Shown here: positions 23,590 to 36,946 of the stretch, piece after piece
Layout of the letters: the number at the start of each line of letters is the position of its first letter
Numbering within the stretch: the first letter of the stretch is position 1
Origin: Octopus sinensis
Lineage: Eukaryota
Length of the DNA stretch: 64,000 nucleotides
Reading direction: 5' to 3'
Assembly: GCF_006345805.1 (NCBI RefSeq)
Contig: NC_043012.1
Location: forward strand, 27,838,001-27,902,000
Program-made: the position numbers and the translations under genes
Notes under the pieces: generated by a model
What the model saw: the letters and a program-made list of their open reading frames with translations, nothing else
The model's database searches: none
What the model was told of the DNA's origin: nothing

Positions 23590-25870
23590 TAAAAAAAACT
23601 TCCTAACATCGAGCTACAACAAGTAACCTTAGATGCCAAAAACTTTCCTAAGAATCCTGGGTGTCCCTAATAATACTGTTTTCTGAGTTGCACTAAACTA
23701 GATTTTATGCCTATATCCATCTGTTCTTCCATTCATATTGAATTCCTTTCTAGTTCTTCTGTCTAGATTTGCCAATTCAAATATGTCCAATCTACAAAAG
23801 TAGAAATACTCCCTAATTATTTACAACCTTCACTAGATTCAGGCCATTTAGCTTCAGCTTCATTAACATAGTTAACCCTGTCAGATTCTGATACTCTTCT
23901 TTCAGCGATTTTACTGTCTGGCCATCTGGTAATTGAATGCCTTCACTGCTGACTACCTGTCCCTTTTCTATCACTAATATTGCATACTTATCTATGTCAA
24001 ATTCTGTACCTATATCTTTGTTGAAGAGTCTTACGGTTTGTATTAAGGAATCTATCTCTTTAATTTTTACTAAAAAGCTTCAGATCATCAATGTATTGGG
24101 TTTCACCTAAGTTCCCGCTATTTTTCTAAATTTTAGAATCTATTTTTGAATCATTTTGGAATCTATTTTTTTTCTAGTTAATTTTACTTAATTTTTGTTT
24201 ATTTTCAGATCATTAAAATGGAATGTCAAGTTAAGAAAAAAGAGCATTTTCGACACCTCCTTCTATTTGCTTTTAATCAAGGTCCTAATGCCACAAAAGC
24301 AGCAAGCGACATTTGTGCTGTGTATGGAGATGGTACCATAGCTGAAAGAACTATTCATGATTGGTATGCCAAGTTCAAAAATGGAAATTTTGACCTCAAA
24401 GACACACCTCGTTCTGGCCATCCAGTTGAGTTCGATGGAGAGCTATTAAACCAACTTTTGCATGAAAATTCTCGTCAATGACAAGGGAACTGGCAGAAAA
24501 AATGGAATGCTCCCAGACTGCTATAGAGAAGCATCTTCACTTGATGAGAAAGGTTCAGAAGTATGGAGCATGGGTTCTGCATGCTTTAAGTGACAACAAC
24601 AAAAATCAACGAGCCACAATATCTGCTGGTTTGTTTGCTCGTCACCGCTCAAACTCATGAACACAAGCAACGATTTCTTTACCGAACCGTTATTGGTGAT
24701 GAGAAATGATGCCTATACATCAATATGAAGCAGCGTAAGGAATGGCTTAGCCTTGGTAAATAAGTGACACTATGCGTGAAACAAGATCTTCATTCGTGTA
24801 AAATGATGTTGTGCATATGGTGGGACTGGGAAGGGATTATCCATTATGAATTACTTGAATGGAACTCTATGTTCAACAGATGGAACAACTCAACATAGCT
24901 AATCGGCAGCATGGAGTTCTGCTGCACGACACTGCCTGCCCTCATATTGCCAATATGACCAAGGGAGCCATTCAAACGCATGGCTGCGAAGTGCTGCCAC
25001 ACCCAGTGTACTCTCCTGATTTGGCACCAACGGATTTCCACCTCTTTTGATCTCTTTCAAATAATATGTGTGGAGTTTCGTTCAATATTGATGCAGAATT
25101 GAGAGCTTGGTTAGATCAATTTTTTTAGTTGAAATCGGGTGATATCTTGTTTAATGTTGGGAAGAAGTTGTAAGCAACAAGGGTGAATACATTATTGATT
25201 AATTAATTGCTATTTTTCTTATTAAACCTTTTAAAAAATTTAAATTAAAAAAAAAAGGTGGGAACTTAGATGCCAACCCAATAGAACAAACAGTTACTTT
25301 TCCATTCACTATCTCTAAACCGATACCCTGCCTTTCCCTTTCTTAATACTAAACTGAGGGGAATTAAACATAATACAAATATTAAAGGGGATAAGGAGTC
25401 TCCCCTCTCTTCATATTAACTTTCCCAAAGGCTGTTTCATCTGAATTAGACATTTACTTTCCATTTCTTCATGATATTAACTCATTTATGCTGTCTGTAA
25501 TACTGAATATTCTCAAACATTCACCTATCCTTGCTATTGTTAAATTTTTGCTTCTAGATTTCAATCGTTTTAGGACTGCTTTGTCTATGTGTTCATGTGT
25601 TCCTTTAGTCTTTTTTCTTATACGGAAAGTACATTCTGACTGTGAAGATGCTCATAAATACTTACTGAGAGCATTCCTGTTAACAGCTTCCATACCAATG
25701 GCAAACAAGTGATTGGTGTATAATTACTAGCTATATTGCCTTTGCTTTTGTCTTTCCTAAGAAGTACTGTTCTCCCTTTGGTCATCCAATTAGACACAAC
25801 TCCATTCAGGCAATCCTGAAGTTGTTCCCCCAGTCCAATTAAGTACTCTTCCTAACACATTACTCATTAT
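23590..25870 (-). mobile_element. Dong/R4-type LINE RT relic split by a mariner
   Basis: WMTKGRTVLLRKDKSKGNIASNYTPITCLPLVWKLLTG; NCLFYIDDLKLFSKN restored on removing the mariner; end KTVLLGTPRILRKVFGI*. Confidence 0.8.
24096..25281 (+). mobile_element. Mariner transposon, near full length, inactive
   Basis: TA TSD (24094-95, 25282-83); imperfect TIRs TTGGGTTTCACCTAAGTTCCC / GGGAACTTAGATGCCAACCCAA; MECQVKKKEHFRHLLLFAFNQG...YSPDLAPTDFHLF with stops and frameshifts. Confidence 0.92.
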
Positions 25871-25930
25871 CATTAATATTATTATCACCTCTACCTTAGC
25901 AAAGGCGGAGGTATTGTTTTCATTTCTGTT

Positions 25931-26162
25931 AAGGCGGCGAGCTGGCAGAAACGTTAGCACACCAGGCGAAATGCTTAGCGGTATTTTGTCTGCCGTTATG
26001 TTCTGAGTTCAAATTCCGCTGAGGTCGATTTTGCCTTTCATCCTTTCGGGGTCGATTAAATAAGTACCAGTTACGCACTGGGGTCGATATAATCGACTTA
26101 ATCCATTTGTCTGTCCTTGTTTGTCCCCTCTGTGTTTAGCCCCTTGTGGGTAGTAAAGAAAT
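25931..26162 (+). mobile_element. tRNA-headed SINE family A, full length with ~22-bp TSD; related copies about 30345-30570(+), 31218-31410(+), 32680-33530(-, several), 59865-59945(-)
   Basis: A box TGGCAGAAACGTTAG, B box GAGTTCAAATTCC; flanked by AGGTATTGTTTTCATTTCTGTT / AGGTATTGTCTTCAGTTCTGTT. Confidence 0.8.
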
Positions 26163-26974
26163 AGGTATTGTCTTCAGTTCTGTTTGTTTGTTTATAGACA
26201 ACATATCTCAAGAACCACTGGATGAAACTTTGAGGGATGTTTGGCCTTGTGACTGGCATGAACTTATTAGATTTTGGGATTATCTAGTACTGGACAAGGA
26301 TTCTAAATTATTTTTCTGATTTTTTCACTTAATTTTTGAGAGCGGTCAAGTTCATTTTTAGTATTCTCATTTGTGAGAGCAGCTGAGTTTATTTTAGATA
26401 TTCTCATTTTAAAAATCCTCTCTGGCTAATCGTTGAGAGAAGATTGGTGTTGCTTTGGCAGAGATTTGTGCTGAGTGTCGTCGTCGTCATCATCAAGAGG
26501 ACCTATGGAGAGGTCATCCATTTCATGGGTTCAAGGAGTAGATTGTAAGTGTAAGCATAAAATGTCTGAATACATATTGTATTTATTGTGTGTCAGTGGA
26601 GGTGTTAAAAATAAAGAAGAAATAGGGAGAAAAATATGAAAGGAACTATCAAATTAGAGTCACAAAAAACAGTGTTCAACATCATTTTGGTCAAATGTGG
26701 GAGAGTGTTTGCGTGCACTTGTCCACACTGTTGAAGTGGATGCATAGAGTAGTTGGATTGTTAATTGTGTGTGTGTGCATATCTTACATAGTGTCTTTTG
26801 TTTCATGCCTGTATTTGTGTATGGAGACTATGTTTCTTTGTGTATCTGGGGATGTGTTTGTTTGCGCGTGCATTAGATTCATTTGGTTTTATCATATGTA
26901 CAATGTGTGCCCACGGTACTTCCAGCTTACATGTACAAATTTGGGATTTATGGTCAGATCAAGTGGTTTTTGTA

Positions 26975-27200
26975 TTTTATTTTACTTGTTTCAGTCATTT
27001 GACTGCGGCCATGCTGGAACACCACTTTTTAGTCGAGTAAATTGACCCCAGGACTTATTTTTTGTAAGCCTTGTACTTATTCTATCGGTTTCTTTTTGCC
27101 GAACTGCTAAGTTATGGGGATGTAAACACACAAGCATCACATATCAAGCGATGTGGGGGGGGGATGACAAACACTGACACACACATATACATACGACGAG
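26975..27200 (-). mobile_element. SINE body with CR1-derived 3' tail
   Basis: Ends GGTGTTCCAGCATGGCCGCAGTCAAATGACTGAAACAAGTAAAA, matching the 3' UTRs at 51789 and 55413. Confidence 0.7.
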
Positions 27201-27574
27201 CTTCTTTTAGTTTCCGTCTACTGATCCACTCACAAGGCTTTGGTCGGCCCGAGGCTATAGCAGAAGAAACTTGCCCAAGGTGCCACGCAGTGGGACTGAA
27301 CCCGGAACCATGTGGTTGGTAAGCAAGCTACTTACCACGCACCCACTCTTGTGCCTATGTATACATGATTGCAATCTATTTATATTTTGAAGGCATCCAT
27401 GTCTTTGGTGGTGTGCATGAGGTTGGTTTGTGTTTAGTTCATCTGCATAATTGGATGATTGTGCATGGATGTGCCCATGCTCTAGTGGACGGATGTGGAG
27501 GTAAGCTTTAGAGAGATGTTGTGTACATGCATGCACACCTACTCATATACACTCTCATGCCCCAGCACCTTTAA

Positions 27575-29747
27575 CTCCTCACGTGGCAGATTTAAAACAA
27601 AAAAAAACTATGTGAAACTAGACAAATTTTTTTCATCTGGTTGCTCAGGAAAGTATTAGGATTTAAATATTGCATAAATTTATTTAAATATTTATGTTAT
27701 CATTATCATATGAAAGCAAAAATGAGGTATCTTGTCTTCTGTAAAAAAATTAAATAAATTGAAAAAAACTGGAAAGACTGTTTTAAATAAAAGGGATAAA
27801 ATAAAAGCAAAGAGACATTACTTGCTTTACTTGTGGTACTTTTCTTTCACTACATGGCTCCTTTGAATGAAATGCTTCAAAACATGGAGTTACACATAAT
27901 GGGATTCTTTGCAAACTGGCTTTCCATTTTTTTTGCATATTCCACACACTTTCTTCTTTTCTGTGAGAGGAATATCCATGGGAAAATGTCCAGATGAGTA
28001 CTGAGTAGAGTGAGATGAAGATGGTCATCCAGCTTGTTGACGAGGAACATCAATGTGATTTTCTTTGAAGAGAGAATCAATAAGTTCAAGTCTGTATTTC
28101 ATATGAGACATTAGTTTTGCTGTGGCGGCATTCATTTGAGTCAATGATTCTTTATAAAGTATGTATGAATTCCACACTGCCAGTCCATCATGTGAAAAAA
28201 ATACCTTCTTGTACCACCTCTTTCCACGTTTTGCGGGATACGGGGTAATCAACGAAATGTTGGCCGAGTTCGTCAACTCCACCCATAGTGAAGTTGTAAT
28301 CATAAACCACTTGTGGCTTTATTATCTGTTTTCTTGGAATGCTTACATCTATCATAGATGGATTATGAATGGTAGAGATCATACTAACATCTTTTTTATC
28401 CATCACCTTTCCTTAGTGCCATCACCTTTCCTCTTTGAAAAGCACAAATTTCACCTTTTTTTTTAGCTATGTTTGCTTGATTTCTTTTGGCAAATCCTGT
28501 CTTGTGAGATGTATTGTTCACAGAAAATCTGTGTAATTAGCTACTAAAATATCTGCTAGTTGTGATTAGGCATAAAAATTGTCCACAGTTAGGCGATATC
28601 CTTTTCTCAGCAAAGTTCCACAGGATTCATCACTATTCATGGTGTTATAGTAAGTTCGTGATATTTGTTGCTAATTTGGGTTCCCTTTTCACAACAAATC
28701 ATAAATGTCCACACACAGCCAGTGTCAGATTCACATAACATGAAATATTTAACTCCAAATCTATTCCTCTTCAATCTGCCTTTGTATAACATGAGGCTCT
28801 CATCAATAGAAATGTCTCATTTTGGAGTGTACAAACGCTGGAACTACTGCTGTAGCTTAGAGTATATATTATATATTTTATGCAACTTAGGATTTGGGTG
28901 ACTTGCTTTGTCATAAGAGTCATTATCAACGAAATGTAGATATTGTTTTATTTTACAAAATCGCTTTAGAGATATGACAGTTCCATAAATTGGCTGTTCA
29001 AGAAGAGGATGCTTTGACCAGTGCATTTCCAAATCTGGTGCCTTTATAATAGCTCCTAGCATGTTCACAGCAAAAAATAAACACATTTCCCTGTCTGTAA
29101 CAAGGTGCCAATTCTTATCTCTGGGTGAAGTTTGTCTCGCTGCACATAAAGTCAACTAAATCATCAAACTAAAAGGAAAAAAAACCCCCAAAAAATCCAA
29201 TACATCACCCTCAATTGATATTCCTGGGTCTCCAATGAAAGGAAATGTTGGAGTAAAAGGCATAAGATTATCTCCAACAGGAAGCTGATACCGTTGCCTG
29301 GTAGCAAGCAAGGAATCATCATTACTATCATTATCATCATCATCTCAGAGAATAACTTCTGGATCCAGAAGAGTCAAGATTAGCAAAATCCATGTTATCA
29401 ATTTCACTGTTGCTGCTCTTTTAGAAATAAAAAGCAAAAATGCAAAATCTGTCCTTGGAATAAGCGAACGTGTGTGCTAATGATGACTGACTGGTTAGTG
29501 CAATGATGTGAGATGTGAGACATGTGGCTGAAGTGAGAGCATGAATGGCATGACGCGCAACCAGGCGTATGATTACGACAAACAGATTTGTCTACGTCTG
29601 AAAAGCACTGTAGAAGAGTTGAGTTGGACGAGATATTCTGTCGCAGCCATTATTTGAGAGAATAACTTTTGGACGAGATATTTCATCCAACTCTAAAAAA
29701 AGTCAAACATGCAAAAACAAGATATCTTGCCATTGCCAGGCAAGGAG
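27575..29747 (-). mobile_element. piggyBac transposon (PGBD4-like transposase), full-length footprint, inactive
   Basis: TTAA at 27571-74 and 29748-51; TIR CTCCTcaCgTGGCA / CTCCTtgCcTGGCA; motifs RFCKIKQYLHFVDN, DKKDVSMISTIH, KPQVVYDYNFTMGGVD. Confidence 0.85.
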
Positions 29748-30946
29748 TTAATGCCTGCACAATAATTTTAATCATATTAATAAACCTCAGTCCTAAATAT
29801 TGCATTGGTTTGGAAAAAGAAACATAAAACAGAATAAGGGGATATCAAGTTTAATAACAAGATTAGCTGTCATGTAGATTGATGTAGAATAAATATATTT
29901 ACTTTTGTACAGTAAATGCATTAAATAAAAGAGAAAGGTAAAGAGGATGAGATTCATAATGGCTATAGCCAGCATATTGTCATTGTTTTACATCAGCTTT
30001 TTATGCTGAAATGAATTGGACGGGCCATTTTTGCACTCCTCCATGCATACATACACAAACTACAACCCTCCAAATCAGGTGCAAACCCATCTACCAACAC
30101 TAATTGCTTAGTACTTTGCACTAAGTACTAAGAACATGTGTGAAAGAGAAATTGACCCTCCACAATATCCAGGAAGCTTTCTAAAAAGTAGTTGGCAGCT
30201 TCTGTTACCCAGGGGATCTAATTATCAGTGGGTATCAGTGTACTGAATGCATAGTAGCCATAGTAAGAATAGACTGGTAGTATAATAATGTTATCATTAG
30301 TTGCTCCAAAAGAACCTAATTAAAATATTACTTAAGAGGGAAAAGGCAGTGAGCTGGCAGAGTTGTTAACACACCAGACAAAATGTTTAGTGGCATTTCA
30401 TTTGTTTCTATGTTCTGAGTTCAAATTTCACCAAGGTCAACTTTGCTTTACATCCTTTTGGGAGTCAATAGAATAAGTACCAGTTGAATATTGGGGTTGG
30501 TGTATTTGACTAGCTCCAACCCCCAAATTTCAGGCCTTGTGCCTATAGTTGAAAGGATTATTTAACAGGAAAATATTTCAAAACTTTATGAGTGGATTTC
30601 AAAGATGGAAACAAAAAGAAGCCTGTTGAACGTGTGTGTGTGTTTGTGTACCTACATTTGTGTCTCCTTGTCCTGATATCATTGATTGTTGTAAATGACA
30701 TTCAATTCCAATATTCTATAGAAAAATATTTCCTTGTTTGGAAACAGGTAACTGCTGATGACAAGAAGGGTATTTGGCTATTGAAAATTTGCCCCAATAA
30801 ACTCCATCTGACCCATGCAAGCATGGAAAAGTGGACATTAAAAAGACAATGTGGATAAGTTTGCTAACACACACCATTGAAAACAAAAATAGTAAAAATT
30901 TTGCAAAGATTTTGAAGAAAGTGAAAGAATAAACCTGTAAACTTAC

Positions 30947-31129
30947 CTAAAAGTTTATCTGCCCTTAAATTTTCCATATTATTTACTAAATTCCAAGAAA
31001 GTACAACAGCCTTTTTTGATGTTGATACAAGAGTAAAATCTGCTGGAGGGAAAGTCTCATGGACTATTTCTTGAGAAACTGGGTTCACTAAATTCCTTTC
31101 AGTAATTTTACATTCAATACTTTTGGAAT
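30947..31129 (-). CDS. FN3-domain protein exon (DSKSIECKITERNLVNPVSQEIVHETFPPADFTLVSTSKKAVVLSWNLVNNMENLRADKLL)
   Basis: Acceptor TTTTTTACTTGTAG, donor AG|GTAAGT; 183 bp, phase 1 to 1; PP...VVLSW is FN3 strands A-B and joins 22500 in frame. Confidence 0.85.
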
Positions 31130-32255
31130 CTACAAGTAAAAAATGACTTTTTGAAATGTCAAATTCAAATCCAAATCCAACCAAATATATGAAGAATAAT
31201 TTGTATAGCTTAAGGCAGCAAGATGGCAGAATCTTTAGCATGCTGAACAAAATGCTTTGTAACATTTTGTCTATTTTTTACATTCTGAGTTCAAATTCTG
31301 CCAAGGTTGACTTTGCCTTTCATCCTTTCGGCATTGATGAAATAACTACCAGTTATTCCTCCCCATAAATTTAAGGCCTCGTGTCTATAATAGAAATGAT
31401 TATCATTTAATATAGTTTATTAATGCTGCTAACCTTTAGCACACTAGAATACTTTCCTCTGCCACTGTATTATTTTTGAAGGACAAAAGATGCGAGCACC
31501 GACTGTTTTAAAATTGTTATAACTTTTGTTGTATTGTGCGTACAGACTTGATTTTTTTGTATACTAATAAAAGAAGGGATGAATGATATTTTTATGTAAA
31601 GCATTAAGGAATAAACAAAAGAGTTGCCCCTGAGAAATGTACCTCCTTGAGGCCAGTACTTTCTTTAAACTATCCAGCTATGGATGATAATATCTACTCA
31701 GCACATCCTCATTATTACCTCGAATAAGTTCACCATCTATATCTGCCTGAGTAAATCCTTCAAAACTGTCATCTGAGTCAGAATCAAATAAGAATCCTTC
31801 CAGAAAACCTTAAAATGCAGGAGTGGCCATTTTCGGTCAGTAAAAAACACCCAAAACTAAGTTTGATTTCAAAGCTTGATTACCTTGTGGTTAGTATGTA
31901 AACAAAAGTTTAGCGTTGTTCAGAATTGAAAGTAGCCTATTTACAACTTGAAATAGCAGAAATGAAATTAGTGATGTGTTTATTTTAAGCACCCTTCTCA
32001 AGATGACAAAATGCACCTGCAGCAACAGTGTGGAGAAGGTTAATTATTAATGTGGTTATAACTATATCTTTCTATGTAGTACTTGTTACAACACACAAAC
32101 TTTATCTTGTATCAATTTCTCTCTACTAATTAATACGAAGTTTTTCTGCTTAGATTTACTAAAGAAAATTGCATTTGCTGCAGTAAAAAAAAAAAAAAAA
32201 TTGTCTAGATTTTCTACAGAGTCAAATCTGACTACAGTTTTAAGAAATGTCTCAC

Positions 32256-32283
32256 CAAGATGTCCAACTAAGAGATGAGAATT
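32256..32283 (-). CDS. Candidate 28-bp micro-exon of the FN3 gene (NSHLLVGHL)
   Basis: Acceptor CTCTTTTGTTTTCTTAG, donor TG|GTGAGA; ends in phase 1, matching exon 30947-31129; upstream partner not found. Confidence 0.45.
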
Positions 32284-34559
32284 CTAAGAAAACAAAAGAG
32301 CTTAAGTCTTCTTATGCTTCCATCTGCCTTACACATTCCAACATCATTTCAAAGTAGTTTCTTGTAATACACTTACTATGAAACTCTTATCATTACCCAA
32401 CCTTGTTCAGAAAATGCATATGGAGAGCCCAATCTCCATATCCATATTCTTGTAAGTCCCATACTTATATACATTGATGATCCTGATCTTTTACGTGGCT
32501 CAAACAGTCACAAGGTGTGTTCCTATATTTCATGAAAACCAAAGCTACCATCAATTTGCAATTGAGAAATTTACCCCTTACGTCACAGACTAAGAAAATA
32601 GCACTAGTCATGATGGGCTTTGTATATTTGTACTCCAGTGTCACTTTGATGGCATGCACTGCTCTCTCACCCAATAATAATCCTTTCTACTACAGGTACA
32701 AGGAAGGGGCTAGTCAATTACATCAACCCTAGTCTTCAACTGGTACTTATTTTATTGACCCAAAAGGAAGAAAGGCAATGTGGAATTTGGTGGAATTTGA
32801 ACTCAGAATGTGAAAACAGAAGAAATGCCACTATGCATTTTATTTGGTGTACTAACGATTCTGTCAGCTCACCACCTTAATATTAATAATAATCCTTTCT
32901 GCTAAAGGTACAAAGCTTGAAATTTTGGAGGAGGGGACTAGTCGATTACATTAACCCTAGTGTTTCACTGGAACTTAATTTATCAACACTGAAAGGATGA
33001 AAGGCAAAGTCAACCTTAGTAGAATTTGAACTCAGAACATAGCAGCAGACAAAATATCGCTAAGCATTTCACCTGGCATGCTAACGATTCTGCCAACTCA
33101 CTGCCTTACTTAATAATAATAATAATAATAATGATCCTTTCTACTATAGGTACAAGACATGAAATTTGAGGGAAGGGACTAGTCTGGTACTTATTTGATC
33201 GACCCTGGAAGGATGAAAGGCAAAGTTGACCTCAGTGGAATTTGAACTCAGGACGTAAGGGCAGACGAAATACCTATTTCTTTACTATCCACAAGGGGCT
33301 AGACACAGAAAGGTCAAACAAGGACAGACAAATGGATTAAGTCGAATACATCAACCCCAGTGCGTAACTGGTACTTAATTTATCGACCCCGAAAGGATGA
33401 AAGGCAAAGTCGACCTTGGCGGAATTTGAACTCAGAACGTAGCGGCAGTCGAAATATTGGTAAGCATTTCGCCCGGAGTGCTAACGTTTCTACCAGCTCG
33501 CTGCCTTAAGGCAGATGAAATACCGCTAAGTATTTCTCCAAGCCTTCTTAACAACAACAACAACAACAGCAAAAGCAACAGCAACAACAACAGCAGCAGC
33601 AGCAGTTATTCATAGTGATTCATTAAGAAATGGAAGCAGCTAACCATGTATGAAAAACTTGGTTGCTTCCAAGTGATTGCAAAAAAGCTTTCTTCTTCAT
33701 TTTAGATAAGGGAAGGCAGAGACCAGCCAAAGGATCTACTTTGAGAATCTCTCTCCCTCTTCCTGTCAGAATAACAACTATAGAGGGACAACTGTCAATG
33801 CTGGTACCATAAAAAATATTCACAGTAGGTTGAGTAACTGTGTTAAAAACCAGTCAGTGGCTAGTTGTTGTTATTTAGCCCCAGGCCAGACCTACTAAAG
33901 CAGACAGGTCTATGATCAAAGACTATTCCAGATGTTATCACACCATCATTATGTATAGAACAGTGTAACTGAAACAACATTATCCAATGGGTCTTTTTAT
34001 ATGATGGCAGTGTGTTTGAAGAAAACTTCACTGCTATTTCTAGTAGGTCCAATGACAATATAGAAGCTTCCTCATTGAATTACTGCTATCAAATAATATA
34101 ATGATGTAAAAGTTGATTTATTTGGAACAATTTGAGAGACACATGATGTGTGTGTATAGGGGGGGGGGTCGTCATCAACATCATCATTTAACATCCACAT
34201 TGAGCTCTAATGTTAGCTTTGGGGTAGTTTTTACAGCTGGATCCCCTTTTTAAAGCTAACTACTTAAAGGAGTGTACTGGGTGCTATATTTGTAGCACTA
34301 GCGATGTAGTTGTGTAATTTGCAACACAGAAGAAAACAAGGAAAAACAAAAAGAAAAAGCTCCTACTGCTAAGTGGGGATTATCTGTGATGGGAAAGGTG
34401 GCTTTGCACCAAGTGTTGAAAGGCTAATGTATACTAGAGGGTCAGCACCAGCACAAATGCCTCGCTATAGAGGAGTCACTTGGATGAAGGAGATAAAAGG
34501 AAGGTGAGCGTAAGAGAGGATATGGACAGCGGGTCATGGGAGGAAAGGAGAGAATGGAT

Positions 34560-36280
34560 ATATTCATAAGGGTGTGAAGGGGGGGTAACAGATGGTTAAA
34601 GATGGGGGTAGTGATGAATATGGTGAGTAATGAAGAAGGGTGGAGGTGCAGTTGAAGGGAGACACCAGTATAGAGAGGGGGTAAGGTAAAATATATATGA
34701 CTGGTTCAGGAACAGATCAGAAAGTAATAGAATGATGTGAAAGATGCAGAAGTGACAGAGAAGGGGCATGCTGATAGATAATAGAGGGCATTGAGAAGGA
34801 TAGCAGATATGTGTTAAGAATTTGCATAGCAGAAGGAAGAGAGTAGTGGCTGAGGGCATAGGAAGGAAATGATTGTAGAAATAGTGTGGGCAGAGATAAT
34901 AATGAGAAATGGAAGTGGTTCTGGGAGACGGGGGTATGCAATATGTGCTGATTCAGCTCTCAGATGATTACAACAGCCAAGTAATACCATACATAGTAGA
35001 GTGATAAGTGTTAGAAGATGTGAGTAGGGGGAAATATCAGAGAGGCAGTGGGTTTTTAGGATATCATTTTTGCTGTGATGGTCAGGTCTTCTTGACCACT
35101 GCAAATTGCCAATCATCTTGGTCCTTTGTCATATGCTCTGTAAGGCTCTGCATTTTGAGATCCACCTTCAATAATTTGTCCCATGTCTTCTGGGGGGGGG
35201 GCTCCCTTTTCCATATGTTTCATCCATATTAAGCATTTGGACTTCTTTATGGAACTGTCCTCATCCATATGCATCATATGATCAAGCCAATTCAGTCTTT
35301 TCTCTTGCACACTACATGTGATTTCTCTTATGCCCAATTTTTCTCTCAGTACATTAGCATTTTGTCCTCCGTGCATTCTGACATTGTTCATCCAATGGAG
35401 TGTACTAGTTTCATTCGTCTCTAGTCTTGAGATGTCCTCTGAATTCAGGGCCCATGTTTCACTACCATATAGCATTGCTGTTCATACACAAGCATCATAC
35501 ACTCTGCCTTTCACTCATAAGGGAGACTGTTGACAACAGCGGTAATAGCTCCCAGAACTTTCTCCATCCTATTCTAGCAACTATATTATCAGAACATCCC
35601 CTTCTACTGCTAATTAGATTGCCCAGGTAATGGAAACTATCTACAACCTCGAAGGCATTTGAGAAAATCTAATTTCCATCAGTCTTTAGGGCACCTGTGC
35701 ATCTTTCACATACAAACACTACTTTCTCTGTTAACATTGCTGTGATTCCTTTGCACTTCTTGAAGTCCATAGATTGCACTGGGTACACCAGATGGGATTC
35801 CTGCCTTCACCTTTCCTACATATTTAACAGGGCTATTTTACCTGAAGGAAGTAGAATCCTACTAGTTTTCATGCTTACTAGAATTTTGGTCTTTGCTAAG
35901 TTAATTTTAAGGCCCTTTGATTCTAGGATTTACTTCCGCACTAGGAATTTCTTTTCTAATTCTGTTACAGATTCCACTATGAAAACAAGTTTATCAAGGG
36001 GCAGCTAGTCTTGAAATTTTCTGCTCTGCCCTGGAGAATAATGAATTGGAGGGGACTGAGAACAAGCCCTAGTGAACACCTGCCTGTACACTAAATTCAC
36101 CACAGTAGTCATGGTTATGGACATGGCTTGTCTAATTCTGTTTCTAATCAGTTGGACAATAAAATCCCTATAACTTTTATGCTCTGGTCCAGCAATGTAA
36201 TACCTTTGTAATACTTTTATTTATTATCTAAGCCATCTCTTTTACTGTTGTAACATCTGACTTATAATGCTGCTACACCA
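34560..36280 (-). mobile_element. Non-autonomous RTE derivative, copy 2 (inverted relative to 16612-18140)
   Basis: MLYGSETWALNSEDISRLETNE; same RT deletion, same 5' leader and same AAATGATATCCTAA junction into a CT-rich 3' region. Confidence 0.72.
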
Positions 36281-36379
36281 GTCATTAGGGATAATACCTT
36301 TCTGAATAATCTGATTAATTATACATATGACTAGACTGGATCCTATCTGCAAAATATTCTAAGTATGTGAGTGGTAATT

Positions 36380-36780
36380 CCCAGTAGACCAGGGGCTTCC
36401 CTGTCTTCATATCCAAACACCCTGACTACCTCAATCACCTTATCTACCTATTTCTTTACCAAAAATATATGCCCACCACCTATTCATTTAGAAGAATTTG
36501 TATTTATGTTCCTTGCCACAATCAGTCTATATGAGACTCCTGTCCATTGTGCCTTTTGCACACATCTACATGTCTCTATTCAAGTATTTCAACAGTCTCA
36601 CCAGACCTATTTTTCATTGTATGAACATTGATTGTAGTGGCTTAAGTTTGTGGACTTGTGAAGCATGAAAGGGTAGTCTGAGGACTGTTTTCAGTATCTG
36701 CAAGAAAGACTTTGCGGGCATATGCAGCAGGTCCTTATGCATGTCAGTGTAAACAGATATTGACTACAACATGAAATGTG
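36380..36780 (-). mobile_element. RTE endonuclease N-terminal relic
   Basis: Degenerate homologue of the 37726-38000 peptide (VDKVIEVVR). Confidence 0.5.
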
Positions 36781-36915
36781 ATTTCCTTCAGTTCCACAAA
36801 GCCTCCATGGATAAGCAACTACTAGTAGAGAGGTGGGTAGACAGGGATGAGAAAGGGAAATTCTTTCTTGTCAATAGGTAGCTTCTGACAGTGGAGAGGT
36901 TGTGGAGCCTACCAT

Positions 36916-36946
<31 letters not shown>

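Noticed and set aside
24218-25050. SETMAR-like or functional mariner transposase gene
   Set aside because: Stops and frameshifts, no SET domain, flanked by TIRs and TA TSD.
25931-26010. tRNA gene
   Set aside because: A and B boxes are present but there is no cloverleaf or terminator; it is the head of a multi-copy SINE with a TSD.
27880-29160. Domesticated PGBD4 gene
   Set aside because: Fragmented reading frame within retained TIRs and TTAA sites.
32340-32600. Exon upstream of the micro-exon
   Set aside because: Acceptor- and donor-like sites exist, but every frame between them contains stops.
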